Below, in pieces: positions 1 to 12,959 of a DNA stretch of 64,000 nt (position 1 is its first letter; the number at the start of each line of letters is the position of its first letter). The position numbers and the translations under genes are program-made. The stretch is from assembly GCA_030264375.1 (NCBI GenBank), contig JASCQW010000130.1, positions 25,388,059 to 25,452,058 of the forward strand, written 5' to 3'. The notes below the pieces were generated by a model. It saw only the letters and a list, made by a program, of their open reading frames with translations, made no database searches and was not told the origin of the DNA. This DNA is from Carcharhinus longimanus. Taxonomy: Eukaryota.

Positions 1-153
1 AATTGAAACATTCATCCTTGAGACATTAATTGACATTAATTTTGCCAGCTCTGTTCAAACACATTTTCTCATTCATTCAGGAGGAATTATTAGGCAGCAT
101 TGAAATGCTTACATTGCAACATTTGATTGAGACTCTATCACAATAGTGTTACT

Positions 154-170
154 GCGTGTGTGTGTGTGTG
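154..170. repeat. (TG)n microsatellite
   Basis: Direct reading of the sequence. Confidence 0.8.
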
Positions 171-269
171 CCTTTTAAGGATTAATCCAATGACAAACTA
201 AAATGCAATTTTTTTCAAATATAACACATGCAAAAATAGGCGCCAAATAATGAAGGCAATTGACAAAAG

Positions 270-490
270 AATTAGTGGGAAAATTACGCAGCCCGTTGTT
301 ATGATCTGGGATGCAGTGCCTTCAAGGGAGCAGATTCAATAATAACTTTCTGTAGAGAATTGGATCATTCCTTCAAGGAATGCTTTTGCACGGCTATCAG
401 GAAAGGGGTAGTGGAATGGGACTAAATAGATAAATCTTTTAAAAAGCAGGCACAAGCGCGATGGGCCGAATGTCCTCCTCCTGTGCTGCC
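270..490 (+). mobile_element. Degenerate CR1-type LINE 3' end
   Basis: Ends in gatgggccgaatgtcctcctcctgtgctg, the CR1/HER1 3' tail motif seen in other copies in this window. Confidence 0.6.
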
Positions 491-1755
491 CACCCCCCCA
501 TTTTATAAGTCTTTGATTTCCCCCTTTGACATTTTGTTTGCTGCGGTTGACGAGGATATTTTGTTAAATAGTTGCTGAGATGTTTCGTTTTGGATTCGAG
601 TTGTTGGGGCGTTTGAGTGAGTCTCATTTCTGCGGCGCCTATTGTTAAATGCACAAAAATCATTTCGAGCCTACAAACTAATGCTCATTATTTTAAAGAA
701 AACGTTTTTGAGGCATGAAACTGCTGTGATGGAGACAAGCCCCTTTCCAAACCGACTGGGAATGATCTCTGGGAAAATTTAAATAATATTGTTGAAGTAT
801 TAGAATAGCGGTTGGAGACTTTTTACATGTAATCGAATAATTTTAAAAATGGTGTGTACTTTCCAAAATGCGTTTTATGACGACCTCGTTTATCTATCCA
901 TAGATTGGGCTATTTAAGAGCTCTTTTGGTTTCAAGATCTCTGATGAAACCTATTTTATTTTGTTTCAAAAATGAGACAGTAACTATTTGCAATGGACGT
1001 GAGCGAGAAAACGAACGGTTAGAATGTAGTGTACAATTTTAATTCGCTTGCAGGTGAATGTATTTGTTAGAAGATGAACTGCGAGTGAAGATATATTGCT
1101 GTAACGATACTGTCAAAACTAAATGTGAAGACAAATAAATAACCCTTACATAATTTATGCCGTATTTTGTATTCCGAAGATTTGGTAGCTTTTTTTGAAA
1201 ATACATTTTTTGTTATCGTTTTGACTTTATATTTTTAAAGCTTTTTTAAAGCTGTTATTTAAACTTTATCTGCTTCCTGAGAATGCTATGAAGAAAGTCA
1301 CGCAGGGAGATACATTTTTGAGGGCCTAATTAGGTTTGAAACGCTGTTAAAAATCTGTTCATCTTGCCATTCTGATAAATTATTCACCGCCTAAAGATAG
1401 GCAAAAAGCTCTGTGCGGTGAGTTGAAATGAAGGAACCTCCAGTTATGAATTCATTTGCCAAAAAGTAGACTTAATAGGGTTTAAATTTTTAATAATTTC
1501 CACGCAACAGTTTCTTCATGGCTTTTGCTGGGATGAGCTTTGGAAAACTACTAGGGGGGACAATTTGATCACTGCTGACAAATCAAGGTTACAATAGTCC
1601 TTTTAATTGGAGTTACAACAAATCTATAACGTGGTCTGCCGTGTTAATAGCAGCCAGTGTAATTTACACCAGTGAAACCCCGGATAGCAAGCTGTGTTTT
1701 TTTTAGCTTAGTGCTATCTGGGCAAGAGAGGGCTATTGCGGTCAGGCGTGCGAGC

Positions 1756-1770
1756 GCGCCCTCTGGTGTG
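1756..1770 (-). promoter_or_regulatory. CTCF-binding motif
   Basis: Minus strand reads CACACCAGAGGGCGC, a close match to the CTCF core CCASYAGRKGGCRS, in a CpG-richer repeat-free stretch. Confidence 0.5.
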
Positions 1771-1965
1771 AGATGAAGAAGGAGCAATCCCAAGCGCAAA
1801 CACAAAAGTAGGTTTGACAGCATGTGTGGGGGGAGAGAGAGAGAGAGAATTGAGCCATTCCAAGTCTCGGCGATAAACATTCAAGCAGCAGTTTGGAAGA
1901 ATTGGTTACATAATTTCACATGACTTCTGACTGGACAACTTTGTGCTGTGGGATCTGCTTTGCTT

Positions 1966-2151
1966 CATAGATGTGGAGATACCGGCGTTGGACTGGGGTA
2001 AACACAGTAAGAAGTCGCACAACACCAGGTTAACGAAGGGGCAGACCCCGAAAGCTAGTGGGTTTACTATCAAATAAACTTGCTGGACTTTAACCTGGTG
2101 TTGTGAGACTTCTTACTGGGTTTACCTCAATGCCGGCATCTCCACATCATG
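1966..2151. mobile_element. Fold-back Penelope-like remnant (family A) with hammerhead remnant
   Basis: Inverted arms gatgtggagat.ccggc...aacaccaggtta / taacctggtgtt...gccggcatctccacatc. Centre ACGAAGGGGCAGACCCCGAAAGCTAGTG (2033-2060). Confidence 0.65.
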
Positions 2152-2460
2152 GCATTTCACAAACTCAGTTTGTCCCAAAGCACTTAACAGAAATGAAGTA
2201 CTGTCACTGCAGTACTGCAAAGAAACATAAGCAGCTGATTTGTGCACAGCAAGATTCCAAAAATATCAATGAAGCAATTCACTTTAATAATGTTGGCTGA
2301 GGGTTAAATTGCAGCTGGGACATGAGCAGAACTTTCCTGAATAATAACATGGAACCAATAGGGTTTAATGCCTCATTCAAAAGATGACAGTCTAGAGAGG
2401 AGCTTGAACCCATAACCTTCCAGATCAAAGACTGGAATACTACTTCTCATTCCAGCTGAT
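2152..2460 (-). mobile_element. Degenerate DeuSINE/SacSINE-like remnant
   Basis: cccaaagcactt, tttgtgcacagcaagattcc, ttgaacccataaccttc motifs shared with 18230-18600 and 42690-42925. Confidence 0.45.
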
Positions 2461-4043
2461 AACCTAACATTTATGCTTCAATTCTGCTATGTCACCTGTC
2501 ATGATATAGTTACAGGCTTTGCGATTAGCTGGCTCTTTGAGAGACTCTTTGACATTTCTTTCTAAACACCTTCATCATTTTGTACGTATGAAGATCGTAT
2601 CCAACAACTCACATCAGCAATGTCGTCAGCAATTTATGCATAAACTTACATTATATATACAACTATAAGAAGATCTAAATGCATCGGAGTATATATTAAG
2701 CAGAAATGCATTATATCATATATGATGGCTGAAGTCTGCCCAAAATCTCAATGAATTAGGTGATTTTTCTCTCTAATATTGCCTCTCTCATACCATGTAC
2801 CATACCTTTATCCCACTCCTCCTCTAGGTTATTTTTACTATATAGCCCTGAAGTAACTCCTCAGAGGCTGGTGTCCCTCAACCAGATTTTCTTTATTGAC
2901 AAACTCAAGTCCAGTCTAAGAGTGCTTCAGGTACAAAGTCAGCGGTCCTGACAGTCCTCATATATATAGATGAGACTCCCTGATTGGACTGGCGATTGTT
3001 ACCTCATCATGGAGCTCATACTCCAAGAGGCCAACTTCATAGACCTCATTGAGGTCATTATAAACTCCTTTGCTTCTTCCCTGCACAAACGTACAAATGT
3101 ATGATAATGAAAGGCAGAAAAAAATCCATCTGATTCATTAAGTCTGCCCCACACAGTTGTGATTACTGAAGCATCAGAATGAAACATCCCTATTCATCAG
3201 CTGTTATGCAATCTTCTAGGAGAGGCAAAAAAAATAGAAAAAACTCAAGGTTAATTTAGGATTTTAAGGGAAAATTTACCTCTCCAGAGCTTAGACAATC
3301 AAAGCAGGTCCAACAGATCACACTAGGACTGGGAGCGGGAATGGGGTAGATGGTGTTAAACACAAAGGCCCAGGGTGTTGGGGGTGTCTGTGGTTCTGGA
3401 GAGGGTCCAGGGACCCAGGCTCAGGTGGCCTGGGCTCAGTATTTTCAATGGGGTTTCTTGTTGCCCTTCACCTGAGCTTCAGACCTGAAATAAATATGGA
3501 ACTGCCAGCCTGCATTTTTGTGCTATTGCTTCCGATCTTCCGACAGTTTCATGGTTACAGCTTAGCTTTTGAAAAGCCCACCAGAAAACCACAAAACTGA
3601 CTGAAGTGTAGAAGCAGCCACACAGCAACTGGGAATGTTCTTGGTTTATTTGTTACAAGGAGATTGCTCACAGAAAGGTTTTATGAATCTCTACTCCATC
3701 CGAAGTTCACCCCACACTGCACCATCCTGTTTAAAATTGAGCAGAGATAGAGATTTCTCTGAGGGGAGGATTCACGATCATCTGTTATAACTTTGGCAAA
3801 AAAATAACACCTTGAAATAGCAGAGAATCAGGACAAAGGGCTTTGTTGTTCAAGGACTTTCATACCCAATCTTATGATTTAAGTGCTTGTTGAAAGTACA
3901 TTGCATCTTAGTACATTGCTGTCATGTTCTTTTGCTGTTGGAATTTCTTATTCATTAATTACAATTTTCCATTTTAGGCTATAAATGCACAGTGTACAAT
4001 GCTTTTAGCGGAATGGCAAACAATCCAGTTAAGGCCGCACTGA

Positions 4044-4370
4044 ATCATAGAATCCCAACAGTGCAGCAGGAGGCCATTCAGCCCAACGAATCTGCACTGA
4101 CCACCCCCCCCCCCGAGGCCTCATTTCCTAATGCCACCTATTTACCCTATTATTCCCTCAGACACTAAGGGGCAATGTAGCATGTAGCATGGCCAATCAA
4201 CCTAACCTACACATTTTTGAACTGTGTGTGGAAACTGGAGCACCGGGAGGAAACCTATGCAGACACAAGGAGACTGTGCGAATTCCACACAGACAGCCTA
4301 TCAATTCAGGCTGGAATTGGACCCCAGTCCTGGTGCTGTAAGGCAGCAGTGCTGACCACTGTACCACCGT
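4044..4370 (-). mobile_element. HE1-type V-SINE with CR1 tail
   Basis: tRNA-like head (A/B boxes), V-domain gggtttcctcc.ggtgctcc and tail ...ggattctatgatt on the minus strand. Confidence 0.85.
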
Positions 4371-5087
4371 TTTACAGCCAATTAATAGTGCAGCCACTGG
4401 TACAAGATAAGCAATGTTTGTACCTTATATCATTTTTTACTGAAAAGTTCAGATCAACAATCAATCTACACTTTCCCTGTCTAATTGACAAATCCTGGGG
4501 AGAGTGTAAAAGGGGCTGTGAAAATGTAAATTGGCTTGGTCTCAGAGGAGCCAGAATGGTAGGGTTGCATTAGCTACTGAGTTGAACAGTTTTATAAATT
4601 ATACATTTACATAATTTCTTTGCAGCCACATTGCTAACATCAGTTGATTACTCTGTGATTGATTGTGTTTAAAATATCAGCATTTGGCCCCCAGTTTCAG
4701 CTTTGTTGCAGTCACTCTGCCTACTTCATGCTGGTGTCATGAAAGAAAGACTTACATTTATTCAACACATTTCATGACGCCACAAATCAATTTACAGCCA
4801 ATTAATATGCAGTCTCTGGTATAATATAGTCAATGTTATCAAATGGTGGAGTTGGCTTGATGGGCCAAATGACTTAATCCTCCTCCTAATACATATGTTT
4901 GTATGTCATTCTGGATAGATGAGATGAACTGGGCTCGATGGCTTTTGTCATCTGTAATTACCTTGTGAACAAAGGGTAGAATCATGGCTGGAGTTCTGTT
5001 TATTCTGTTGTTGATGTAAGTTTACTGTGTGGTGAAATTTCCAAGACAACACAGCATAATAGATTCATAGTGAACCAATAACTTGCC

Positions 5088-5245
5088 TTGCTCAAAAAAC
5101 TCAGAAAAGCACACAGATAGAGTTGGTAAATGGATAAGTAGATGTGACCCTCAAGAGTCTTTTACATTGACTTCAATCTTGCTCTTTTGTCTACTTATCC
5201 ATTTACCAACTCTATCTGGATTCTTTTATGAGTTTTTTTGAGCAA
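5088..5245. repeat. Inverted repeat, MITE-like hairpin
   Basis: ~55-bp arms, 5088-5142 and 5190-5245, including a perfect cagatagagttggtaaatggataagtaga / tctacttatccatttaccaactctatctg pair. Confidence 0.75.
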
Positions 5246-5751
5246 TGAAGTATTCTGATAAAGTTGAGTTGGATAGTAAATATTGAAAGTATATTGTTGT
5301 GAGAAGCACCAATCAGCTGTTCAGTCTTGCTGGTGAAGAAAACAAAAACAAAACACTTGTGAACCATTCAGTCTTTGTCCTCTGGCTTCTTAAAAGGTGT
5401 GACATGTGAAGACACCTGAGGGCTTCAATGCTTCTCACTGTTAGTGAAGACATCTGTTGTTCAATCCTTCTACTTTGTTGCTCAGGAGCCATTTGACCTT
5501 TCTACCCTGTGGGGCTGTTGATAAAATAGAGTCCCAATACATCCTCTTCGATGCAATAATTGTTTGAACAGTATCATACACCCAGGCAGGAGAAAGTCTT
5601 TTATAGAATGGAGAAGCTCTTGTGCAGTTTATCTGGGTTGCAATTTTGAATCTTTATCCCAAATATGAATTTACTATCACATATGATGCAATATGCAGAA
5701 CATATTAAGGAGGGCNNNNNNNNNNNNNNNNNNNNNNNNNNNNNNNNNNNN

Positions 5752-5932
5752 CCATTCACATCGGCGGGATTCTCTTATTCCACTGGCAGTGCAGCCCTGC
5801 CCGTGGGTTTCCCGACAGCTTCAATGGGAAATCCTATTGACAGCAGTGGGGCCAGAGAATCCCGCCAACAGCAAATGGCACGCCACCTCTTGCCACTGAG
5901 AAATGAGCAGCTGGGAGGCCTGAGAATCCGGC
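5752..5932. mobile_element. Palindromic GC-rich non-autonomous element
   Basis: ggcgggattctc...gagaatcccgcc internal inverted repeat. Related copy at 12421-12575 shares tcaatgggaaatcc.attgac. Confidence 0.55.
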
Positions 5933-6438
5933 TCATCACCTGCCAGTGTTTCTAATAATTAATGGGATATTTTCCTGTCAATTGAATCATATTGTACTGA
6001 GTATTGTCAAAGTACGATATGTATTCTCTGCTTATTTAATAGTTGTGGTGGGATGACCGATATGGTTTGCACAAACAAACACTGCATTATGTCATTGTTC
6101 CTCTTCATATTTGTAACCAAATGCCATCAATAGCCATCAAGCCATCATTTTGCTATCGGTAAATGAATTGGTGAATTTTAAAAGGGGAAAAGTAGTATGC
6201 AGGATTGACAGTGAGGGGTAAGTGAAGGGAGGTAGGGGTGGAAATAAAGGGTCTGGAAAGAGGAGGAGCACCAAAAGCCCAAAGTTTCTCTCTGACCCTG
6301 CATTTACTATCCTGATATTACTGTCCAACTCCAGTTTGGAGGTTTCCAAAGAGCTTGCATTCACCGCACAAGCTTGCAACTTGTTGAAAAGGTCCACTAA
6401 CATTTGGAAAGGGAAGATTGCCTAACAGAGGACCTGCT

Positions 6439-6840
6439 GTACTTAGATTTCCAGCAAGCATTTGAGAAGGTGCCAAATCAAATGTTGTTGTAGAAAATAC
6501 AGGTGCATGATGTGGGATGATCACATATTACCAGCATGAATAGAAGTCTAGCTAGCTAACAGGAAATAGAAAATAGGCATACATGAGTCTTTGTCTGCTT
6601 GGCAGGTTTAATGAGTGAACCGCCACAGGGATCAGTATTGGGGCCTCAACTTTTTACAATTTATAAAAATGACTAGGATAAAGGGACTGAAGGTGTGGTT
6701 GCTAAATTTGCTAATGATACAAAGATAGATAGAAAAGCAAGTTATAAGAGGACATATGGAATCTACAAAGTGACATCAATAGTGAGTGGACAAAGATCTG
6801 GCAAATGGAGTAAAATGTAGGCAAATGTGTAATTGTTCCT
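6439..6840 (+). mobile_element. Degenerate CR1 reverse transcriptase fragment
   Basis: Decayed YLDFQ.AF.KVP, PQGSVLGPQLFTIY.ND and KFA(N)DTK motifs with stops and frameshifts. Confidence 0.8.
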
Positions 6841-7039
6841 TTATTGAAGTTTGTTGTGCTCAACTTGTATACTGCCTTTCTTACATTACAGCTGTGATTA
6901 CTCTTTGAAAGTACTTCATTAGATGGAAAGTCCTGGGGTGTTGAAATGTGCTGCATTGATACAAGTTTTTCGCCTTTTTATTCACCTCCATCAAATTTCC
7001 TCAGTGTGATTCTGACTGGTTAGATTTACCTTGGTACAG

Positions 7040-7345
7040 TTCCTTCCAACTTCTACCATCTGGAAGAACAAGGACAGCAGACACAAGGGAACACCACCAC
7101 CTGGAGGTTCTCCTCCAAGCCACCCATCACACTGACCTGGAAATATATCACCGTTTATTCACTGTTGCTGGGTCAAAACCTTGGAACTCCCTCCCTAACA
7201 GCACTGTGAGTGTACCTACACCACAGGGATTGCAGCGGCTCGGGAAGGCAGCTCACCATCACCTCCTCAAGGGTGAACAAGGATAGGCAATAAATGCTGT
7301 CCCTGACAGCGATATCTGCATCCCTCGAATGAACTTTAAAAAACA
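7040..7345 (+). mobile_element. LINE 3' end (CR1/L2 clade), tail donor of SINE family 2
   Basis: tggaactccctccctaacagc (WNSLP) followed by ggcaataaatgctg...gaatgaa, the tail shared with SINE family 2. Confidence 0.65.
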
Positions 7346-7894
7346 ACCTGACTTGCGAGGAATTGAAATGCAGAGAAAGATTTTGAACAGCGTGATAAGT
7401 GAAAAATGAACATAGAAAATTATGACCCTGATTTTGCAGGCAGTAATGAATGAACAATGTCATCATATTCTTTACACTTTTACTGACCAATAGAATATCA
7501 ATGTGAATTTACACTGAAACTTGCAAATATTAGAATTTAAAAACAGGGCCATGCCCTCTACAGGAAACAGCACAAGCAACAGTGTGCTTGTGACCCTTAA
7601 CCAATCAGATGAATAATTCAACTGTGCCAAGCACCCTGAGCAAGAAATTTTGTGCTTGACTACTGAATTCCACACCAAATTATATACAGAAAGCAAATTA
7701 AAGAGGGAGAAAAGATTCACGTGTGTGAAAAAGATAGAAAAGTGAGATAAAATAAAAATGATTGCACTTTAAATTGTTATTCTAACAAAAAGTAAAATGT
7801 CTTGAAATGAGATTTCACGCATATAAAACAATAGTTTTCAGTACTAGAGAGGTTGTTCTTCAATAATTAAGAATTAGCATGCTGGTAAAAATTC

Positions 7895-8380
7895 AAAGAA
7901 CAAAGAAAATTAAAGCATCGGAACAGGACCTTCGGCCTTCTAAGCCTGCACCGACCATGCTGCCCAACAGAACTAAAATTCCCTACCTTTCCGGTGACCA
8001 TATCCCTCTATTCCCACCCTACTCATATATTTGTCAAGATGCCCCTTAAAAGTCACTATCGTATCTGCTTCCACTATCTCCCCAGGCAGAGAGTTCCAGG
8101 CACCCACCACGCTCTGCGTAAAAAACTTGCTTTGTACATCTCCTTTAAACTTTGCCCCTTGCACTTTAAACCTATGCCCCTTAGTAATTGACTCTTCCAC
8201 CCTGGGAAAAAACTTCTGACTATCCACTCTGTCCATGCCTCTCATAATCTTGTAGACTTCTATCAGGTCGCCCCTGACCTTCCATCATTCCAGTGAGAAC
8301 AAACCAAGTTTCTCCAACCATTCCTCATAGTTAATGCTCTCCATACCAGGCAACAACCTGGTAAATCTTTTCTATACGGT
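7895..8380 (-). mobile_element. CR1/HER1 LINE 3' end
   Basis: ORF 7973-8245 has the CR1 ORF2 C-terminus (GHRFKV...FFTQSVVGAWNSLP...FKGHLDKYM) followed by the 3' tail. Confidence 0.9.
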
Positions 8381-8579
8381 CTCCATCACCACCACCCCCC
8401 ACATCACTTACATCTGAATGAATAAGTTCTGTCATGAATATCTATCATGAAAGTGCCAGAACTTCACATTGGTTAACTTGTTACAATGGCAATGTTCTGA
8501 GCAATATACTATGACAGAAACTTCTGAAAGACAGCACAACTCAGACAGCAACTTCCTGATTTTTGTGTTTAACTGTTCA

Positions 8580-9270
8580 AGGGACCCAGGTTCAATTCCA
8601 GCCTTAGGTCACTGTCTGCTCGGAATCTGCAGGTTCGCCCTGTGTCCGTGTGGGTTTCCTCTGAGTGCCCTGATTTCCTTCCATAGTCTGAAAGATGTTG
8701 TTGTAGGTAAAATAGGACACAGACCCAATCTGGTCACGATTCAAACCCCTTCTGCAGCAGTACTGGCATCCCTGTCTTTGAAGTTACTTGCGCGATCGCG
8801 ACTGTCCCAGGAGGACTCTTCCTGTCAAAAGCCGGTATCGTGACCTGCCATCAGCAGCTGTTAAAAGCCAGTATCGTAAACTACCATCGGTGTAATGATG
8901 TCCAACTAACACAAATAGGTAATGTGTGCAAAGTCTACAAAATAATAGCCACATTAAACTCTCATTTATAAAAATGAGAGTTAAAGTATGTAAGACATTA
9001 ACAAATAACTTATATTACTGCCAGGAGCAGTATAAGCTGAAGGAGATCAGCCATGAGGAAGGGATATGTTTCTGATATATTCTAGGTACAAAATCTATTA
9101 ACCCTTTCCCTACTTCAATGTCCTGGTTAGGTGGATTGGCCATGCAAAACCGTCTCTCATTGTACCTGAACAGGCTCCGGAGTGTGGCGACTGGAGAGTT
9201 TTTACAATAATTTCATTGCAGTGTTAATGTGAATAATATTAGTGCCACTTGTGAAACCAGTAAATAAGTA
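8580..9270 (+). mobile_element. HE1-type SINE (alternative tail) split by a solo LTR
   Basis: SINE 5' part 8580-8698 resumes collinearly at 9118-9270. Confidence 0.75.
8699..9117. mobile_element. Solo LTR (419 bp) with 4-bp TSD ATGT
   Basis: Termini TGTTGTAGG...CCTACTTCA (TG..CA, imperfect inverted), flanked by ATGT at 8695-8698 and 9118-9121. Confidence 0.75.
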
Positions 9271-9279
9271 GGTTTAAAT

Positions 9280-9522
9280 CTGAGGTCACGTACCAAATGA
9301 CTCAAGAACTGGTTCTTCCCTGCTGCCATCAGACTATTGAATGGATATACTTCGCATTAAGTTGACCTTTCTCTACATCCTGGCTATGACTGTGACACTA
9401 CATTCTGCACTCTCTCGTTTCCTTCTCTATGAACGGTATGCTTTGTCTGTATAGTGCACAAGAGACAAGATTTTTCACTGCATGCTAATACATGTGACAA
9501 TAATAAATCAAATCAAATCAAA
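9280..9522 (+). mobile_element. Rex1/Babar-like LINE 3' end
   Basis: KN.FFPAAIRLLN-type ORF end plus 3' UTR ending tgtgacaataataaatc(aaatc)n. Confidence 0.7.
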
Positions 9523-9645
9523 AGAAAGTGTAGTGCTGGAGACTGCTGTCCAATTTACTCAATAACAGTGAATGCCGATAGCCTCATTGTTAATTCCTGG
9601 CACCATTGTGTGCTCGCTAGGCACTGCAGGAACTGGGGTGCCTTA

Positions 9646-9945
9646 TCATAGAATCAAAGAATCCAACAGTGCAGGAGGGGACCATTCAGCCCATCGATCT
9701 GTACCGACCACAATCCTACCCAAGCCCTATCCCCATAACCCTATACATTTAATACTCTAGCTAGTCCTCCTGACATAAAAGGACATTTAGCATGGTCAAT
9801 CCACAAATCTTTGGACTGCAGGAGGAAACTGGAGCACTCGCTGACAGGGAGAGTGTGTAAACTCCACACAGGTAGTGACCCAAGCCGGGAATTGAACCCG
9901 GTTCCCTGGCGCTGTGAGACAGTAGTGTGAATCACTGTGCACAGG
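9646..9945 (-). mobile_element. HE1-type SINE with CR1 tail
   Basis: Matches the other copies. Confidence 0.8.
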
Positions 9946-10068
9946 AACAGGCGCTTTGATGCATGATGTTGTGCCAGACATGACACCAATCCCTTCTGCC
10001 TGCTCTTGATCTATGCCCCTCTATTTCTTGCATATTCATGTGCCTGTCTACAAGTCCTTTTAACACCC

Positions 10069-10495
10069 TGTAGATGGTTATTAATGCATAAAACTGCTTG
10101 CATATAACAATCAGAAGAGGAACTAACCCTGTGTGTGTGCTATATTGCTGATGTCAAATATATTGTGGAACTAAGTTAAAGTATACATGAAAAGCAATAT
10201 GAATTCAGTTACTCAGTAACTGACATCACCAAAAACACAACAGGTTGCATGTGATTAAGATATAAATCCAATCAGTGGGGTAATGTCCTACTGTGGCATA
10301 TTACAACCAATCCACGTAAGGAACTGACACTCTCACAACCTTGCCTCCGAGAGGGATCATAACAGTTGTGAAAGTTGTATGCATTGTGGAAGAAAGAAGA
10401 AAGCAAAGAAGTGATACCAGCATGTAACTTTGAGGACTGAATAAAGTTTTGTGCGATTGTACCACAATTCTGGCTCAAGTCTTGTGAATGTAACA
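10069..10495 (+). mobile_element. Solo LTR (family B, copy 1) nested in a minus-strand CR1 fragment (9990-10670)
   Basis: TGTAG...TAACA termini, TATA-like gatataaat, AATAAA ~55 bp from the end. CR1 sequence resumes on both sides. Homologous to 25261-25674. Confidence 0.7.
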
Positions 10496-10781
10496 ATCTC
10501 TATCATATCTGCCTGCACTTTCACTCCTGGCAGCACATTCAAGACATCTATCATTCTCTCTGTTAAAAATTCACCCCTCACGTCTCTTTTGAACTATCTC
10601 CCTCTCACTTCCAGTGCCTGTCTCCCTAGAATTAGACTTTTGGAAAAAACTCTGACTGTCAACCCTATCTCAGACAGTAACCCTTTAAGAAATTTCGCCT
10701 TTGATTTGGATCCCTCAGTTTATTTGATTTATTTTTATTGGTCATTTGATTTTATCCAAAGTAGGAACAGTTTCATTTTAT

Positions 10782-10911
10782 TAGACCATAAGACATAGAA
10801 GCAGAATTAGGCCACTCGGCCCATCGAGTCTGCTCCACCATTCAATCATGGCTGATATGTTTCTCATCTCCATTCTCCTGTCTTTTCCCCATAACTTCTG
10901 ATTCCCTTATT
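10782..10911 (-). mobile_element. CR1 3' tail fragment
   Basis: cataagacatagaagcagaattaggccactcggcccatcgag. Confidence 0.75.
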
Positions 10912-11984
10912 CCTCTGAATAGAATCCAGGTTTAACCACTGAAGCAATAAGGAGGAAAAAGATTTCTTGTTTTGGTAGTCCTGACCTAGTTGATGATCCT
11001 TATATGTATAACTATTTTTATTAAAAGGAAGTAACTTTTTAATACTAGGTGTAAGTTCATTTGCATGATCATCATTCTTCCCATGGATTTATGCGCATTG
11101 ATCTATTTTACTGATTTACGATGATCTGACACATAATGGTGATTAAATTTGCTTATTTATTTCTGAAATCCAAGCTAATAATACTTCAATATAATTTACT
11201 CATTCACAACTGACAATGTACAAATATTTAACAATCCTCCATCGCACTTCATTAATTCCAATTAGTTATCAAGCAACTCTATTCACCCCTTATTCCCTCA
11301 GCTCCACTTTTGATGCCTTTGTCTCTGGTAAAATTCTTAGGCCGGAATGTTGTCACCATTCACGCCAGATGGATTTTCCCATCCCGCTGCAGTGAATGAA
11401 GATTTGGCTGGGCACCAAGTTCTCCGATCTCGCTGCAGCAAGAACGCGGTGTTCCCGACCACTGCTGATAGCGTTACTGCTTTCAGCGCATCTATTATTT
11501 CTTCCGTCTCCCTGCATGTTGTCACTGACCGAAGTTTCACAAAAAGTAACCGAAAGCAAAACACATCCATTTTGTAAATTCAGAATATATGTTTTAAATC
11601 GGAAATATTTGTTAATTATGCAGAGCTGTCTTCTAAGGCTCTGACTGGCTTATGTTCCCGTAATCCAAGATCTTTATTTTAAAATTAGTATTGTGTTAGC
11701 GCTCCTAAACCTATGGTTATGTGTTTATTAGCCTGATTAGCTGTATCACCGCCGCCCCCGCCAAAAAAAACTATAAAAGCACTCCTCATAGCCAGGTAGC
11801 ATTCACCGTGCAGACAGAGTAGCACTTATTGGCCTCTGTTTTTATAGGTTTCTACCTACCATGCCCTGGAACTGGTTTGAACCATTTGAACTAGGGGACA
11901 TAGCCTCAGAATAAGGGAGAGCAGATTTAGGAGTCGAGGAAGAACTTCTTCACCCAAATATTGTAATATTGCGCGTGCTATCTC

Positions 11985-12420
11985 TTCCACCCTGACTACC
12001 TTCCCAACCAGGACTGTCCCCACCCCTCCTTACTCAAAGTCCAATATGTGCAGAATTGAACAATCTATGTCTTACTAAAGGTGATCTCATTCTAGCCTTA
12101 AACCCAGATTCTTCTCTACTTTCTGGTCTAAGTCCTCTCACCCGCTCTTCATGCTCACCTTGTTTACCAAACCCACCACATCCTCTCTTGATTCATATCC
12201 GACTAAACTGCTGGCTCCCCACCTTCATTTCCTGACTCCTGAGAATGTGAATGCATCTCTTACTACAGCCACACTCTGTCTCCTTTTCAGTTCTGCCATC
12301 ATCAACTTTCCCTCAGAAGCCCAACTGATAACACCCCCACCCCACCCCACCCCGCCATGTTGTTTCAAATTGTTGAGTCATTTCCAATTTTTCTTTCCTC
12401 TCGCAAATCCTCCGACATGT
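11985..12420 (+). mobile_element. Degenerate L2 LINE ORF2 fragment
   Basis: KPTTSSLDSYPTKLL resembles the L2 TTC.LDPIPT.LL motif; pyrimidine-rich. Confidence 0.55.
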
Positions 12421-12959
12421 TGGGTGCGATTTTTGGTCCTTCATGCCAGTGGAATCTTCCGGTCCTGCTGAGGCATGCCCCCACCACATGTTTCCCGGTG
12501 GCGTAGGTTGAAATCAATGGGAAATCCCATTGACATTGGCAGGACCAGAAGATCCATGTGTCAAATTATGGCACTTCCATTGATCCCTTTTGGTAGTTTT
12601 TTTAAAATTATATATCTGATTCTCCTTGCCTGCTTACAATGCAAAGAACCTCACGGCAAGATCAACAGACAAAAATCATAGGCCAGCAACACCTAAATAC
12701 TTCGATGTAGAAAATTGATGTTTTCAAGACCAAATGGACAGCCAAGACTTCAAAATGGTTGGAGGAAAGCGAATGCTCATTAGGCATTGAAAGTGTGCCA
12801 TATTTCTGACCTTCCTCTTGCAATTGCTGTATCCCAATCACTGATTATCTGTACCTCATGCTGTCCCTTTAATTGTCTCTCCTCACTCTGACAATTGCTG
12901 CCCACCTCCCTCCAGCAATCGCCAGCCCTCCCTCTAGCATTTACTAGATGGACTTCTTT

